The translations under genes were made by a program, and so were the position numbers. Shown here piece after piece: positions 50,002 to 63,533 of a DNA stretch of 64,000 nt. The DNA comes from Laetmonice hystrix (Eukaryota), in NCBI GenBank assembly GCA_965235115.1, contig OZ249442.1:2666001-2730000 (forward strand), read 5' to 3'. Under the pieces are notes generated by a model, which searched no databases, was not told the DNA's origin, and saw only the letters and a list, made by a program, of their open reading frames with translations. The stretch's first letter is position 1. Each line of letters opens with the position of its first letter.

Positions 50002-51749
50002 GACCTCCTCCATGGCTAAACCACCTCTACACCTGACCTCCTCCACGGCTAGCCCTGTCCCAAACCACCTCTACACCTGACCTCCTCCACGGCTAGCCCT
50101 GTCCCAAACCACCTCTACACCTGACCTCCTCCACGGCTAGCCCTGTCCCAAACCACCTCTACACCTGACCTCCTCCACGGCTAGCCCTGTCCCAAACCAC
50201 CTCTACACCTGACCTCCTCCACGGCTAGCCCTGTCCCAAACCACCTCTACACCTGACGTCCTCCACGGCTAGCCCTGTCCCAAACTACCTCTACACCTGA
50301 CGTCCTCCACGGCTAGCCCTGTCCCAACCCACCTCTACACCCGACCTCCTCCACGGCTAGCCCTGTCCCAAACTACCTCTACACCTGACGTCCTCCACGG
50401 CTAGCCCTGTCCCAAACCACCTCTACACCTGACGTCCTCCACGGCTAGCCCTGTCCCAAACCACCTCTACACCTGACCTCCTCCACGGCTAGCCCTGTCC
50501 CAAACCACCTCTACACCTGACCTCCTCCACGGCTAGCCCTGTCCCAACCCACCTCTACACCTGACCTCCTCCACGGCTAGCCCTTCCCAAACCACCTCTA
50601 CACCTGACCTCCTCCACGGCTAGCCCTGTCCCAACCCACCTCTACACCTGACCTCCTCCACGGCTAGCCCTGTCCCAAACCACCTCTACACCTGACCTCC
50701 TCCATGGCTAGCCCTGTCCCAAACCACCTCTACACCTGACCTCCTCCATGGCTAGCCCTGTCCCAAACCACCTCTACACCTGACCTCCACGGCTAGCCCT
50801 GTCCCAGACCACCTCTACACCTGACCTCCACGGCTAGCCCTGTCCCAAACCACCTCTAAACCTGACCTCCTCCACGGCTAGCCCTGTCCCAAACCACCTC
50901 TACACCTGACCTCCTCCACGGCTAGCCCTGTCCCAAACCAACTCTACACCTGACGTCCTCCACGGCTAGCCCTGTCCCAAACCACCTCTACACCTGACCT
51001 CCACGGCTAGCCCTGTCCCAAACCACCTCTACACCTGACCTCCTCCACGGCTAGCCCTGTCCCAACCCACCTCTACACCTGACCTCCTCCACGGCTAGCC
51101 CTGTCCCAACCCCCTCTACACCTGACCTCCTCCACGGCTAGCCCTGTCCCAAACCACCTCTAAACCTGACCTCCTCCACGGCAAGCCCTGTCCCAAACCA
51201 CCTCTACACCTGACCTCCTCCACGGCTAGCCCTGTCCCAAACCACCTCTACACCTGACCTCCTCCACGGCTAGCCCTGTCCCAAACCACCTCTACACCTG
51301 ACCTCCTCCACGGCTAGCCCTGTCCCAAACCAACTCTACACCTGACCTCCTCCACGGCTAGCCCCGTCCCAACCCACCTCTACACCCGACCTCCTCACGG
51401 CTAGCCCTGTCCCAACCCACCTCTAAACCTGACCTCCTCCACGGCTAGCCCTGTCCCAAACCACCTCTACACCTGACCTCCTCCACGGCTAGCCCTGTCC
51501 CAAACCACCTCTACACCTGACCTCCTCCACGGCTAGCCCTGTCCCAAACCACCTCTACACCTGACCTCCTCCACGGCTAGCCCTGTCCCAAACCACCTCT
51601 ACACCTGACCTCCTCCACGGCTAGCCCTGTCCCAAACCACCTCTACACCTGACCTCCTCCACGGCTAGCCCTGTCCCAAACCACCTCTACACCTGACCTC
51701 CTCCATGGCTAGCCCTGTCCCAAACCACCTCTACACCTGACCTCCTCAC
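50002..51749. repeat. 44-bp minisatellite, about 40 copies
   Basis: Unit cctccacggctagccctgtcccaaaccacctctacacctgacct. Confidence 0.96.
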
Positions 51750-51867
51750 CTGGCCTAACCTTAATCCTATCCCAAATATATTGTTTTGTGTCGGTAAATA
51801 CTCGGTAATTACGTAATTCTCTTGAGACGAGGATATATCCAGTTTACCACCTTTACCTCCCTCCATC

Positions 51868-51965
51868 ATTCTCTCTGTCTCTCTCCCCCTATTTCTCTCC
51901 CTGTCTCTCTCTGTCTGTCTGTCTGTCTGTCTGTCTCTGTCTCCGTCTGTCTGTCTCTGTCTTCT
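51868..51965. repeat. (CT)/(CTGT) microsatellite
   Basis: Direct inspection. Confidence 0.85.
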
Positions 51966-52960
51966 AGTCCAGGGGACGACACCCGAGCGTGATATAAAAT
52001 GGCACTTTAACGACTGGCGCTTAAACTTGAAAGTGCCCAACACTTTGGCATGGTATTCTAAAAGTTTATTATAATAATTGTGAAGTCTTTTCTCTTCGCC
52101 TAGAATTGATTACATCTCACCACAGAACTATGAAATATTTTGTTTCGCTGAAGGTCATTTTCTCTAAACTGCAGTCGGATTCAATAACAAAAGTTTTAAT
52201 CCTAGTGGCATGATGAAAACATGCATCTGTCCTCCAGACATAAACCGGTAACATACCGCTGCACGCACTCCCTCCACACAGATAATAATCGGGTGTTATT
52301 CTATCTACCAGACAGAAAATGAATCACATAGGAACTCAACAAATTCATAGCGGGCACACGCGGAAGTTCAATTTCAGACGATGATGAGTGGGTTAGTGGG
52401 TACTCCAGGGAATAGGCTGACATCCTCTCTGTTCACGTAAACAACCCAGGTCTTATACGACTCTCAGACCAACTTTTTGTTTCCCCTGAGTGTGTAACTA
52501 GAATATCCCAAACATTCACCAAAACGACAAGCCCTCGGCGGCACTCTACAAAACTCCACTCCAGATAGGGGTGGGTACGGTCATCTTTTACAATAACATT
52601 TATTTTTTACCTTAGGGGGCTTTAGGTACGCTTCTATATCTAAAACAGTTCTGAACTTTTTAACAACTCCTTAATTTCTATCTTTAAATGCTATCGTTAT
52701 CTTTATAAATGAGAAAGCAAATGTCCCTCTCTTTATAAGAAATCTTCCCGCCCCCAACCCGAGGTCTGCTGAGCTTCAGTGATCTGTTCACCTTAGTCTC
52801 GATCACCAGACCCTGATTCCCGCTAGAGGCCGCTCGTCGCTCAAACACCTATCTAGGTTACACGAACACGGTGACCGTGATAGAAAAACATCATCGGCGC
52901 TGATTGGACGAGGCCACATATAATTATGGGAAGTCAGGTCAGGGTGTTGACATCTGGTGG

Positions 52961-53225
52961 CGGGTGGGTATTTGGGTTTTACGCCTTGCAACAGCCAGGG
53001 TCATATCACGGCGGTGAAGATGAGATGAAAGTCAGTTTTTCTTGGTGGAGGAAACCGGAGTACCCGGAGGAAACCACCGACCTTCGGGAAGGAACTGACT
53101 GACAAACCTTTCACACATGCAGCCCAGGCCGGGAATCGAACCCGGGTCGCAGCGGTGTGAGGCGATGGTCCTAGGTGTCATGATGGAGCCGACACCTTAG
53201 ACCACTCGGCCACCCGAGGCCCCCC
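52961..53225 (-). mobile_element. tRNA-derived SINE with a V-domain-like core
   Basis: A box TGGCCGAGTGG at 53202-53212 and B box GGTTCGATTCC at 53132-53142. Core GGTTTCCTCCGGGTACTCCGGTTTCCTCCACC. Perfect 12-bp TSD gacatctggtgg at 52949-52960 and 53226-53237. Confidence 0.92.
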
Positions 53226-53932
53226 GACATCTGGTGGTATCAACCCGCAGATTTATTTGCGTCCAGTCTGTATAATCCAGCTTACGGATACGAGGACTGA
53301 TGGCCAAGTCGATGTTCACCTCTCATGCGAATTCGTACCTCCGGTCAAATCGTTTCCTCATCGTCATACAAGATGTCCGGCGTTTGGGCATGGTGACATT
53401 CTGCGACTTACATAAAAACTACACCCGGCGCAAACCGTACACGTATACAGAGCCTATGACTGCTACCGCGGGCTGCATTTACATGAAGCCATATTCAATA
53501 TATGAATCCTCCCATCTACATGTGATATATCGAGTTACAACAGGCCGACTTCATTACTTCATTTCTAGTTCATAATTGTTGTACTTAATGGAGAAGAAAC
53601 AAGGCAAAGTGTCTAAATATAACTTCAGGCCAGAAGGTCTACCATTGGTATTACCATGGCAACTGCACATTAAAGCGGGCCGTGATCTGAACTGTAATTC
53701 GAACTTGAACATATCATGAACACGGCTAAGTTTTAAGACAGACAAAAATACACTTTCGTACATCTAGGTCAATCCTTATGTCTATGTAGACATGTGCATT
53801 TAAAGAAACAATCTTTTAATTAGATTAACAGCTCGTATACCTCGATGGATGGTCGGTGAAGTAATGATCAAGACAATGAATATATCTGTATCCTCAGCAG
53901 GAAAACCAATATCTGGTAGTTTAAATACGAAT

Positions 53933-54555
53933 GGCACTAACTGTCCCTATAGCATATATTGGCTTATCTGCTGTCCCTGCATGGCACTAACTAATGGCAC
54001 TAACTGTCCCCATAGCTTATAATAGCTTATCTGATGTCCCTGCATGGCACTAACTAATGGCACTAACTACCCCCATAGCTTATAATAGCTTATCTGATGT
54101 CCCTGCATGGCACTAACTAATGGCACTAACTGTCCCCATAGCTTATAATAGCTTATCTGCTGTCCCTGCATGGCACTTTCTAATGGCACTAACTGTCCCC
54201 ATAGCTTATAATAGCTTGTCTGCTGTCCCTGCATGGCACTAACTAATGGCACTAACTGCCCCCATAACTTATAATAGCTTATCTGCTGTCCCTGCATGGC
54301 ACTAACTAATGGCACTAACTGTCCCCATAACTTATAATAGCTTATCTGTTGTCCCTGCATGGCACTAACTAATGGCACTAACTGTCCCCATAACTTATAA
54401 TAGCTTATCTGTTGTCCCTGCATGGCACTAACTAATGGCACTAACTGTCCCCATAACTTATAATAGCTTATCTGTTGTCCCTGCATGGCACTAACTAATG
54501 GCACTAACTGCCCCATAGCTTATAGCCTAATAGCTTATCTGCTGTCCCAGCATGC
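53933..54555. repeat. 63-bp minisatellite, about 10 copies
   Basis: Unit ccatagcttataatagcttatctgctgtccctgcatggcactaactaatggcactaactgtcc. Confidence 0.94.
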
Positions 54556-55757
54556 CCTATTTCTTTCAACCAATACCAGAAGGTCGTAATACATGTCACG
54601 GCACCAAGATGGTCTGAAGCGCTATGTTATTAATGTTGTTGAATGTTCATATGATACCCCAGGTTTGAAAGTTGCCTATCTTGACGACTCTTAGTACCCG
54701 TTTAACGACTACAATGAAAAAAGATTGTTCCTTAAAACTGAATGGATACATGGGGCAGCTTTTTCTCCAAAGAAAGACTTCAGCAGAATGATTGATCACT
54801 GAAAACAAAGTAGTAATTGAAGGGTTACTTCAGTGAACAGTCAACATGCCGGTCACGATGGAACCATGAGTTTATTACTCGGTCAGGTCCGCTCACCAGG
54901 ACACACTGACCATTGACAGAGCGCCCTTTATGTCAGCTGAAGCCGCCAGAACCATGGGAATAAACCACACAAGTCTTCAAACTGATTGAGGGTTAGGGGA
55001 AGGCGCACCATGACACACCACAGCGGTGGCACATTGCTGATAGGCGGGATAAAGAACTTGGGAGTAATTCTGCCAATTCTCATGGGTGGCTCCTGCTGTA
55101 CATTTCTAAGTCCTCAGACCTGACAACCATCAGGTACTCAGTGGAGAGTTGTGGGTCATGAAAGGCTCATCTAACCCCGCGGCACCCAGTTTAAAATGGC
55201 GCCAACCTCACTCGCCCTTTCCATAATAGGAACTAATGTATCTCCTTAGTTTAGTCCATGTCCAGCAGGAGTCGCCGTTTTCGAGAGTTCAGTTTAAGAC
55301 AAACTTTAAACTGTGTCGTCAGTTTATATGAACACACAGAAAGTACATGTGAGACAAAGAAAAGATCGACAGTCATCCAAGTATGTCATGATTAAGAACG
55401 AAATCTACCATTTGTAAGCACCATGACACGGTCATTCCGCGGGCCGTGCAACACCATTGCAATTGGCATCATCTTTATCAACGATCCCTGCAGTACCTCA
55501 AGGCTTACTCTCACTAACTCAGGTTTAGTGTCAAAATACAAGTAATCAGTAGGCTACTGATATACGAGCAGCAAGCAGCACTTGCTGCGACTCCAACTGG
55601 GACATTGTAGCCGTTCAACATAGAAAATGATCCATTTATAATTAACCAAGCCAGAAATAGACCTGGATCATTTATTCTGTCAAGCCACAGAATACATTTA
55701 TCGGAAACTGATTGAGAACTTCTGTCTCCTCGTGTTCTCCGAGCGGCTGGACACAGT

Positions 55758-56592
55758 AAACGGATCCTGTCAAAACACAAGGTCATATTACCGCAGGGGT
55801 CAAACTCCCTGGAGTGTTCACAATATAGGAACAGATCCTGTCAAAAACAAAGTCACATTACCGCAGGGGTCAAACTCGCTGGAGTGTTCACAATATAGGA
55901 ACAGATCCTGTCAAAACACTAGGTCACATTACCGCAGGGGTCAAACTCGCTGGAGTGTTCACAATATAGGAACTGATCCTGTCAAAACACATTACCGCAG
56001 GGTCAAACTCCCTGGAGTGTTCACAATATAGGAACTGATCCTGTCAAAAACAAAGTCACATTACCGCAGGGGTCAAAATCGCTGGAGTGTTCACAATATA
56101 AGAACTGATCCTGTCAAAACACTAGGTCACATTACCGCAGGGTCAAACTCGCTGGAGTGTTCACAATATAGGAACTGATCCTATCAAACCACACTACCGC
56201 AGGGTCAAACTCGCTGGTGTGTTCACAATATAGGAACTGATCCTGTCAAAACACTAGGTCACATTACCGCAGGGTCAAACTCCCTGGAGTGTTCACAATA
56301 TAGGAACAGATCCTGTCAAAAAAAACAAAGTCACATTACCGCAGGGGTCAAAATCGCTGGAGTGTTCACAATATAGAAACTGATCCTATCAAACCACTAG
56401 GTCACATTACCGCAGGGGTCAAACTCGCTGGAGTGTTCACAATATAGAAACTGATCCTATCAAACCACTAGGTCACATTACCGCAGGGGTCAAACTCGCT
56501 GGAGTGTTCACAATATAGAAACTGATCCTATCAAACCACTAGGTCACATTACCGCAGGGGTCAAACTCGCTGGAGTGTTCACAATATAGGAA
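55758..56592. repeat. About 71-bp length-variable minisatellite, about 12 copies
   Basis: Core cacattaccgcaggggtcaaactcgctggagtgttcacaatataggaactgatcctgtcaaaa. Confidence 0.93.
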
Positions 56593-57104
56593 TATCGGAG
56601 CAATTCGTCCCCATGTATAGACAAATATATGAGCGAAAGAAAATTGACACGTTTTTTTATGAATTCCCAACGCCCTCCTAGTCTTTATTTTGTAAAAAGA
56701 GTTCCTAGAGTTTCAGAGGAATTTATTGATATATACTTTAGGAGTAATCTCTCTGAAATATAGAACGATACAGGAACAGCAGGTGTTTGACGCCCTACTC
56801 AAGGTGCACATTGCTGAGGACGGTTCCGACGGCCTCCAACCTGTAAGGTATCCGTCCATGAGTCACCCAAATATCACGTGTCAGGCCTGTCCAAACTGTC
56901 CAGCATAGAGATCACCTCCGTGCCTGTCATCTACGTCGACCTCCATTCAATCCTAGCCGCCGCCACTGAGACTCTCCACGACGAGAAGACCGACCACAGC
57001 GATTATCGTCCGCTTGGTCGCCAACACTGACCGAACAGATTAATCTCTGGCACTTGGAGGTCTTGTAGAACGCTCTCCTTCACATCATTTACACTTCCTA
57101 AACT

Positions 57105-57247
57105 CTTTGTGCATCTCTCTTCATCGGTGTGGACATCTTTCTGCTAGCCTGAGTCCCGACTGGGTTATCAATGGTCCATCTTTGTGCATCTCTCTTCATC
57201 GGTGTGGACATCTTTCTGCTAGCCTGAGTCTCGACTGGGTTATCAAC
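57105..57247. repeat. 75-bp direct duplication
   Basis: ctttgtgcatctctcttcatcggtgtgg... starts at 57105 and again at 57180. Confidence 0.9.
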
Positions 57248-58069
57248 GGCGGGGCGTGTAACGGTGTGTGTAAAAAACCCTTGCCACTTTCCGATCAGAG
57301 TAGGGTGGTGTCCCGTTGGGCGAGTTTCTCATGTAGGCCTACCATTGGCAGCAGCAGCATCGTTATCATCATCATCCAAATTGACTGAATGAACAATGCA
57401 TCATTCTCGCCCTGACGATGACCAACAGTTGCCTACCACACGACGCCAGTGCTCAGTCCAGCTCCGATCTACTCCTAGATCTAGATGCACATGATAGGCC
57501 TACGTGTATTATTAGGTCCATACAATTAGGCCTAATGGTTGTTACTGTTTCAATACCTATACAATGTCAAAATACCCCTCAGGCCAGTTCCTCTATCTGT
57601 GGTTAATAGGCCTATCAACAACCTAAAATGGCTGATGTGTCTATCTCTCTCCTCAATAGAGAATTATCGCCAACGTATGACGCCTCCTAGGCTCTTTGTC
57701 TTGAGTTTGGTTGAATAATAGACTCTATGGTAGACGACTCGCTCAAATTATGTTCAGGGATTCGCCTGCCTTGAATTGAGTTTCTCCATCCAAACGTGAC
57801 ATTCCAGCATTTCATGCCTGCTGCACTGTGCTCAATATAGGCGTGAGAGTGGTTGACAGTATGGCAGGTTACAAGCCGACAGCCACCCGAGTCCCACAGC
57901 CTGAACGCGCCCGTCACAAACACTGGTCACGTCGTCACAGTACGTCACGTCATTGAACGAACAACCCGAGAGACGGGGGACAACGACAGACGCTGGGGGT
58001 ATGACGACCAGGGTTATTCTCCATGGTAACATTCCGACAGAATTGGGGTTAGGGTTAGGAGCCCCCAGA

Positions 58070-58220
58070 TCCCTTCCACCATCCTGCCCCCGCCGGCCCC
58101 CACAGCCCTTCCACCGTCCTGCCCCCTCCGGCCCCCACAGCCCTTCCACCACCCTGCCCCCGCCGCCCCCCAGCCCTTCCCCGGCCCTGCCCCGCCGGCC
58201 CCCAGAGCCCTTCCACCGGT
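58070..58220. repeat. About 35-bp C-rich repeat x4
   Basis: Consensus cccttccaccatcctgcccccgccggcccccacag. Confidence 0.8.
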
Positions 58221-58602
58221 AGCAGACGTCTTCCCGGTCGGTCGTGGGGATTTTCTTACAAGCGGTACCGTTATAGCTGGGGCAAGGGTGCAGTATTGGG
58301 ACGCCATGGGCGTGGGAAAGGTGACATGTCCCGGCGGTGGGGACCGTAGGTAGGCAGACAGGGGGCAGTGCCACCTAGCGGCGGGCCAGCTGAGGTCCCT
58401 TTGTATCGGTCGGTGTGTCACATCCTGGGGCACGGGCACTGAATCACAGCGACAGTTGGGTATGCCGAGTCCTTTGTAGAGACTGCATGGGGCAACTGAA
58501 GAATTGCCTAGGTACGTAAACACTGAAAGAAATAATAGTGTCCTACCTCCACATTCTGGCTCGCCATCAGGCCGCCTCCCTCTCCTCATTTTTTTACATG
58601 GA

Positions 58603-60848
58603 CCTCGAGTATCACAGGTCATCTATGATCCTCGAGTATCACAGGTCATCTATGATCCTCGAGTATCACAGGTCATCTATGATCCTCGAGTATCACAGAT
58701 CATCTATGATCCTCGAGTATCACAGATCATCTATGATCCTCGAGTATCACAGGTCATCTGTGATCTATGATCCTCGAGTATCACAGATCATCTATGATCC
58801 TCGAGTATCACAGGTCATCTGTGATCTATGATCCTCGAGTATCACAGATCATCTATGATCCTCGAGTATCACAGATCATCTATGATCCTCGAGTATCACA
58901 GATCATCTATGATCCTCGAGTATCACAGGTCATCTATGATCCTCGAGTATCACAGATCATCTATGATCCTCGGGTATCACAGGTCATCTATGATCCTCGG
59001 GTATCACAGGTCATCTATGATCCTCGAGTATCACAGATCATCTATGATCCTCGAGTATCACAGGTCATCTATGATCCTCGAGTATCACAGATCATCTATG
59101 ATCCTCGGGTATCACAGGTCATCTATGATCCTCGGGTATCACAGATCATCTATGATCCTCGAGTATCACAGGTCTCTATGATCCTCGAGTATCACAGGTC
59201 TCTATGATCCTCGAGTATCACAGATCATCTATGATCCTCGAGTATCACAGATCATCTATGATCCTCGGGTATCGCAGGTCATCTATGATCCTCGAGTATC
59301 ACAGGTCATCTATGATCCTCGAGTATCACAGGTCATCGAGTATCACAGATCATCTATGATCCTCGAGTACCACAGGTGATCTGTGATCTATGATCCTCGA
59401 GTATCACAGGTCATCTATGATCCTCGAGTATCACAGATCATCTATGATCCTCGAGTATCACAGATCATCTATGATCCTCGGGTATCACAGGTCATCTATG
59501 ATCCTCGAGTATCACAGGTCATCTATGATCCTCGAGTATCACAGATCATCTATGATCCTCGAGTATCACAGATCATCTATGATCCTCGGGTATCACAGAT
59601 CATCTATGATCCTCGAGTATCACAGATCTCTATGATCCTCGAGTATCGCAGGTCATCTATGATCCTCGAGTACCACAGGTGATCTGTGATCCTCGAGTAT
59701 CACAGGTCATCTATGATCCTCGAGTATCACAGATCATCTATGATCCTCGAGTATCACAGATCATCTATGATCCTCGAGTATCACAGATCATCTATGATCC
59801 TCGAGTATCACAGATCATCTATGATCCTCGAGTATCACAGGTCATCTATGATCCTCGAGTATCACAGGTCATCGAGTATCACAGATCATCTATGATCCTC
59901 GAGTACCACAGGTGATCTGTGATCTATGATCCTCGAGTATCACAGGTCATCTATGATCCTCGAGTATCACAGATCATCTATGATCCTCGAGTATCACAGG
60001 TCTCTATGATCCTCGAGTATCACAGGTCTCTAGGATCCTCGAGTATCACAGGTCATCTATGATCCTCGGGTATCACAGATCATCTATGATCCTCGGGTAT
60101 CGCAGGTCATCTATGATCCTCGAGTATCACAGGTCATCGAGTATCACAGATCATCTATGATCCTCGAGTATCACAGGTCATCTATGATCCTCGAGTATCA
60201 CAGATCATCTATGATCCTCGGGTATCACAGATCATCTATGATCCTCGAGTATCACAGGTCATCTATGATCCTCGAGTATCACAGGTCATCTATGATCCTC
60301 GAGTATCACAGGTCATCGAGTATCACAGATCATCTATGATCCTCGAGTACCACAGGTGATCTGTGATCCTCGAGTATCACAGATCATCTATGATCCTCGG
60401 GTATCGCAGGTCATCTATGATCCTCGAGTATCACAGATCATCTATGATCCTCGAGTATCACAGGTCTCTATGATCCTCGAGTATCACAGATCATCTATGA
60501 TCCTCGGGTATCACAGATCATCTATGATCCTCGAGTATCACAGATCATCTATGATCCTCGAGTATCACAGATCATCTATGATCCTCGGGTATCACAGATC
60601 ATCTATGATCCTCGAGTATCACAGATCATCTATGATCCTCGAGTATCACAGATCATCTATGATCCTCGGGTATCACAGATCATCTATGATCCTCGAGTAT
60701 CACAGATCATCTAGGATCCTCGAGTATCACAGGTCTCTATGATCCTCGAGTATCACAGGTCTCTATGATCCTCGAGTATCACAGGTCTCTATGATCCTCG
60801 AGTATCACAGATCATCTAGGATCCTCGAGTATCACAGGTCATCTATGA
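58603..60848. repeat. 27-bp satellite (about 2.2 kb) with higher-order blocks
   Basis: Unit atctatgatcctcgagtatcacag(g/a)tc. Confidence 0.96.
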
Positions 60849-61104
60849 TCAGTCTTCTCATTCACAATTACGATATGGGTTCTCACCTTCTCATCCCTTC
60901 TCTAGAACCAGTTATTCTTAATGTCCTTAATGAGGTTATTAAATTAATTATGAAGAATGCTATGTTAAGAAGATTAGTTATAATTAAGCCGTAGTTTCTG
61001 CCGCTGGCTTTACTACACATCTATTACAATAATCTGATCACTCGCACTGAGAGAACTCTAGTTTTGGGGAATTTAGGTTTTTGCCACTTTCATTGGCAGC
61101 TCTA

Positions 61105-61210
61105 CTCCAAAGGTTAACGTTGGGTTAACGTTGGGTTAACGTTAGGTTAACGTTGGACTAACGTTGGGTTAACGTTGGACTAACGTTGGACTAACGTTGA
61201 GTAACGTTGG
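61105..61210. repeat. 11-bp repeat (aacgttgggtt / aacgttggact), about 9 copies
   Basis: Direct inspection. Confidence 0.88.
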
Positions 61211-62027
61211 CGAAAGTGTCACTCAGTATGGACACGACCTACCTTTAATAATACTTTGTAAAATGAGGTACTGCTAGATCTCACCTCCTTATAGATATTT
61301 CCCACAGATGTACGTCATCTACAAGAACATCAACTTGGCTTTTCAAATTGAGCTTTTTACCCAAAACAGCATAATATATATTATATACATCATTGGGTGA
61401 CTACTCGGTCAAAGTCAGGGTTTCCATTTAATATTCGCTCTAAATTTCCCCCCCCCCCGACTGCACGGTTAGGCCGGGGGTGGGGGTAACACATACATGT
61501 ACATATAGGGGCGTTTACTGAATGTATGTACACGCGTTCATATGTAAACACGTCTAGATACATTATAAATTGTCCCAAAATTTTGCGTTAAATTAGAAAA
61601 AAATATTACGTGTAACCGCAGCCCAAGCCGTTGTTAAACTTGGTCTGCTGCAGGCATAGATCCTTCTGTCGTCTTAAAGACAACCAGGGAAGGTCGATCG
61701 GATCAAAAGATGCAGCCTGGCAAAAAAAAACCTTCCTACTCTTTCTTGTTTCATGGTTACTTTTGTTATTTCTTTGAACTTCTGCCAAGATTAAGTCGTA
61801 CATACAAAGCTTTAATCAACTCCATTGAAACTGCTGCAGTTCTCAAGGGTGGAATGTCGACCTTGGATGAGGCCGCATGCTCGATACGCACGACATTGTC
61901 AATAGACACAACAGGTCTACCCCGGATGATCGTTTTTATATAATGTTTTATAAATGTATTTTTAATTATACGTGTCCCTCGGAACATCAAGCTGTTCCCT
62001 AGCCGCTTCTGTCTTAGTACAACTATT

Positions 62028-63533
62028 TCATCCTTGCAGTGAGTGACTAGCCTGTCCCACACACCATCCTTGCAGTGAGTGACTATAGCCTGTCCCACAC
62101 ACCACCCTTGCAGTGAGTGACTATAGCCTGTCCCACACACCACCCTTGCAGTGAGTGACTAGCCTGTCCCACACACCATCCTTGCAGTGAGTGACTATAG
62201 CCTGTCCCACACACCATCCTTGCAGTGAGTGACTATAGCCTGTCCCACACACCATCCTTGCAGTGAGTGACTATAGCCTGTCCCACACACCACCCTTGCA
62301 GTGAGTGACCAGCCTGTCCCACACACCATCCTTGCAGTGAGTGACTAGCCTGTCCCACACACCATCCTTGCAGTGAGTGACCAGCCTGTCCCACACACCA
62401 CCCTTGCAGTGAGTGACTAGCCTGTCCCACACACCATCCTTGCAGTGAGTGACCAGCCTGTCCCACACACCATCCTTGCAGTGAGTGACTAGCCTGTCCC
62501 ACACACCATCCTTGCAGTGAGTGACTATAGCCTGTCCCACACACCATCCTTGCAGTGAGTGACCAGCCTGTCCCACACTCCATCCTTGCAGTGAGTGACT
62601 ATAGCCTGTCCCACACACCATCCTTGCAGTGAGTGACTAGCCTGTCCCACACACCATCCTTGTAGTGAGTGACTATAGCCTGTCCCACACACCATCCTTG
62701 CAGTGAGTGACTAGCCTGTCCCACACACCATCCTTGCAGTGAGTGACTATAGCCTGTCCCACACACCATCCTTGCAGTGAGTGACTAGCCTGTCTCACAC
62801 ACCATCCTTACAGTGAGTGACTAGCCTGTCCCACACACCATCCTTGCAGTGAGTGACTAGCCTGTCCCACACACCATCCTTGCAGTGAGTGACTAGCTTG
62901 TCTCACACACCATCCTTGCAGTGAGTGACTAGCCTGTCCCACACACCATCCTTGCAGTGAGTGACTAGCCTGTCCCACACACCACCCTTGCAGTGAGTGA
63001 CTAGCCTGTCCCACACACCATCCTTGCAGTGAGTGACTATAGCCTGTCCCACACACCATCCTTGCAGTGAGTGACTAGCCTGTCCCACACACCGCCCTTG
63101 CAGTGAGTGACTAGCCTGTCCCACACACCACCCTTGCAGTGAGTGACTAGCCTGTCCCACACACCATCCTTGCAGTGAGTGACTAGCCTGTCCCACACAC
63201 CATCCTTGCAGTGAGTGACTAGCCTGTCCCACACACCATCCTTGCAGTGAGTGACCAGCCTGTCCCACACACCACCCTTGCAGTGAGTGACTAGCCTGTC
63301 CCACACACCATCCTTGCAGTGAGTGACCAGCCTGTCCCACACACCATCCTTGCAGTGAGTGACTAGCCTGTCCCACACACCATCCTTGCAGTGAGTGACC
63401 AGCCTGTCCCACACACCATCCTTGCAGTGAGTGACCAGCCTGTCCCACACACCATCCTTGCAGTGAGTGACCAGCCTGTCCCACACACCATCCTTGCAGT
63501 GAGTGACTATAGCCTGTCCCAAACACCATCCTC
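62028..63533. repeat. 36/38-bp minisatellite, about 41 copies
   Basis: Unit ctagcctgtcccacacaccatccttgcagtgagtga, with +2-bp variants. Confidence 0.96.

Noticed and set aside
53125-53225. tRNA gene
   Set aside because: A and B boxes are present, but the spacing is expanded, there is no cloverleaf or anticodon arm, and it continues into a SINE body with a TSD.
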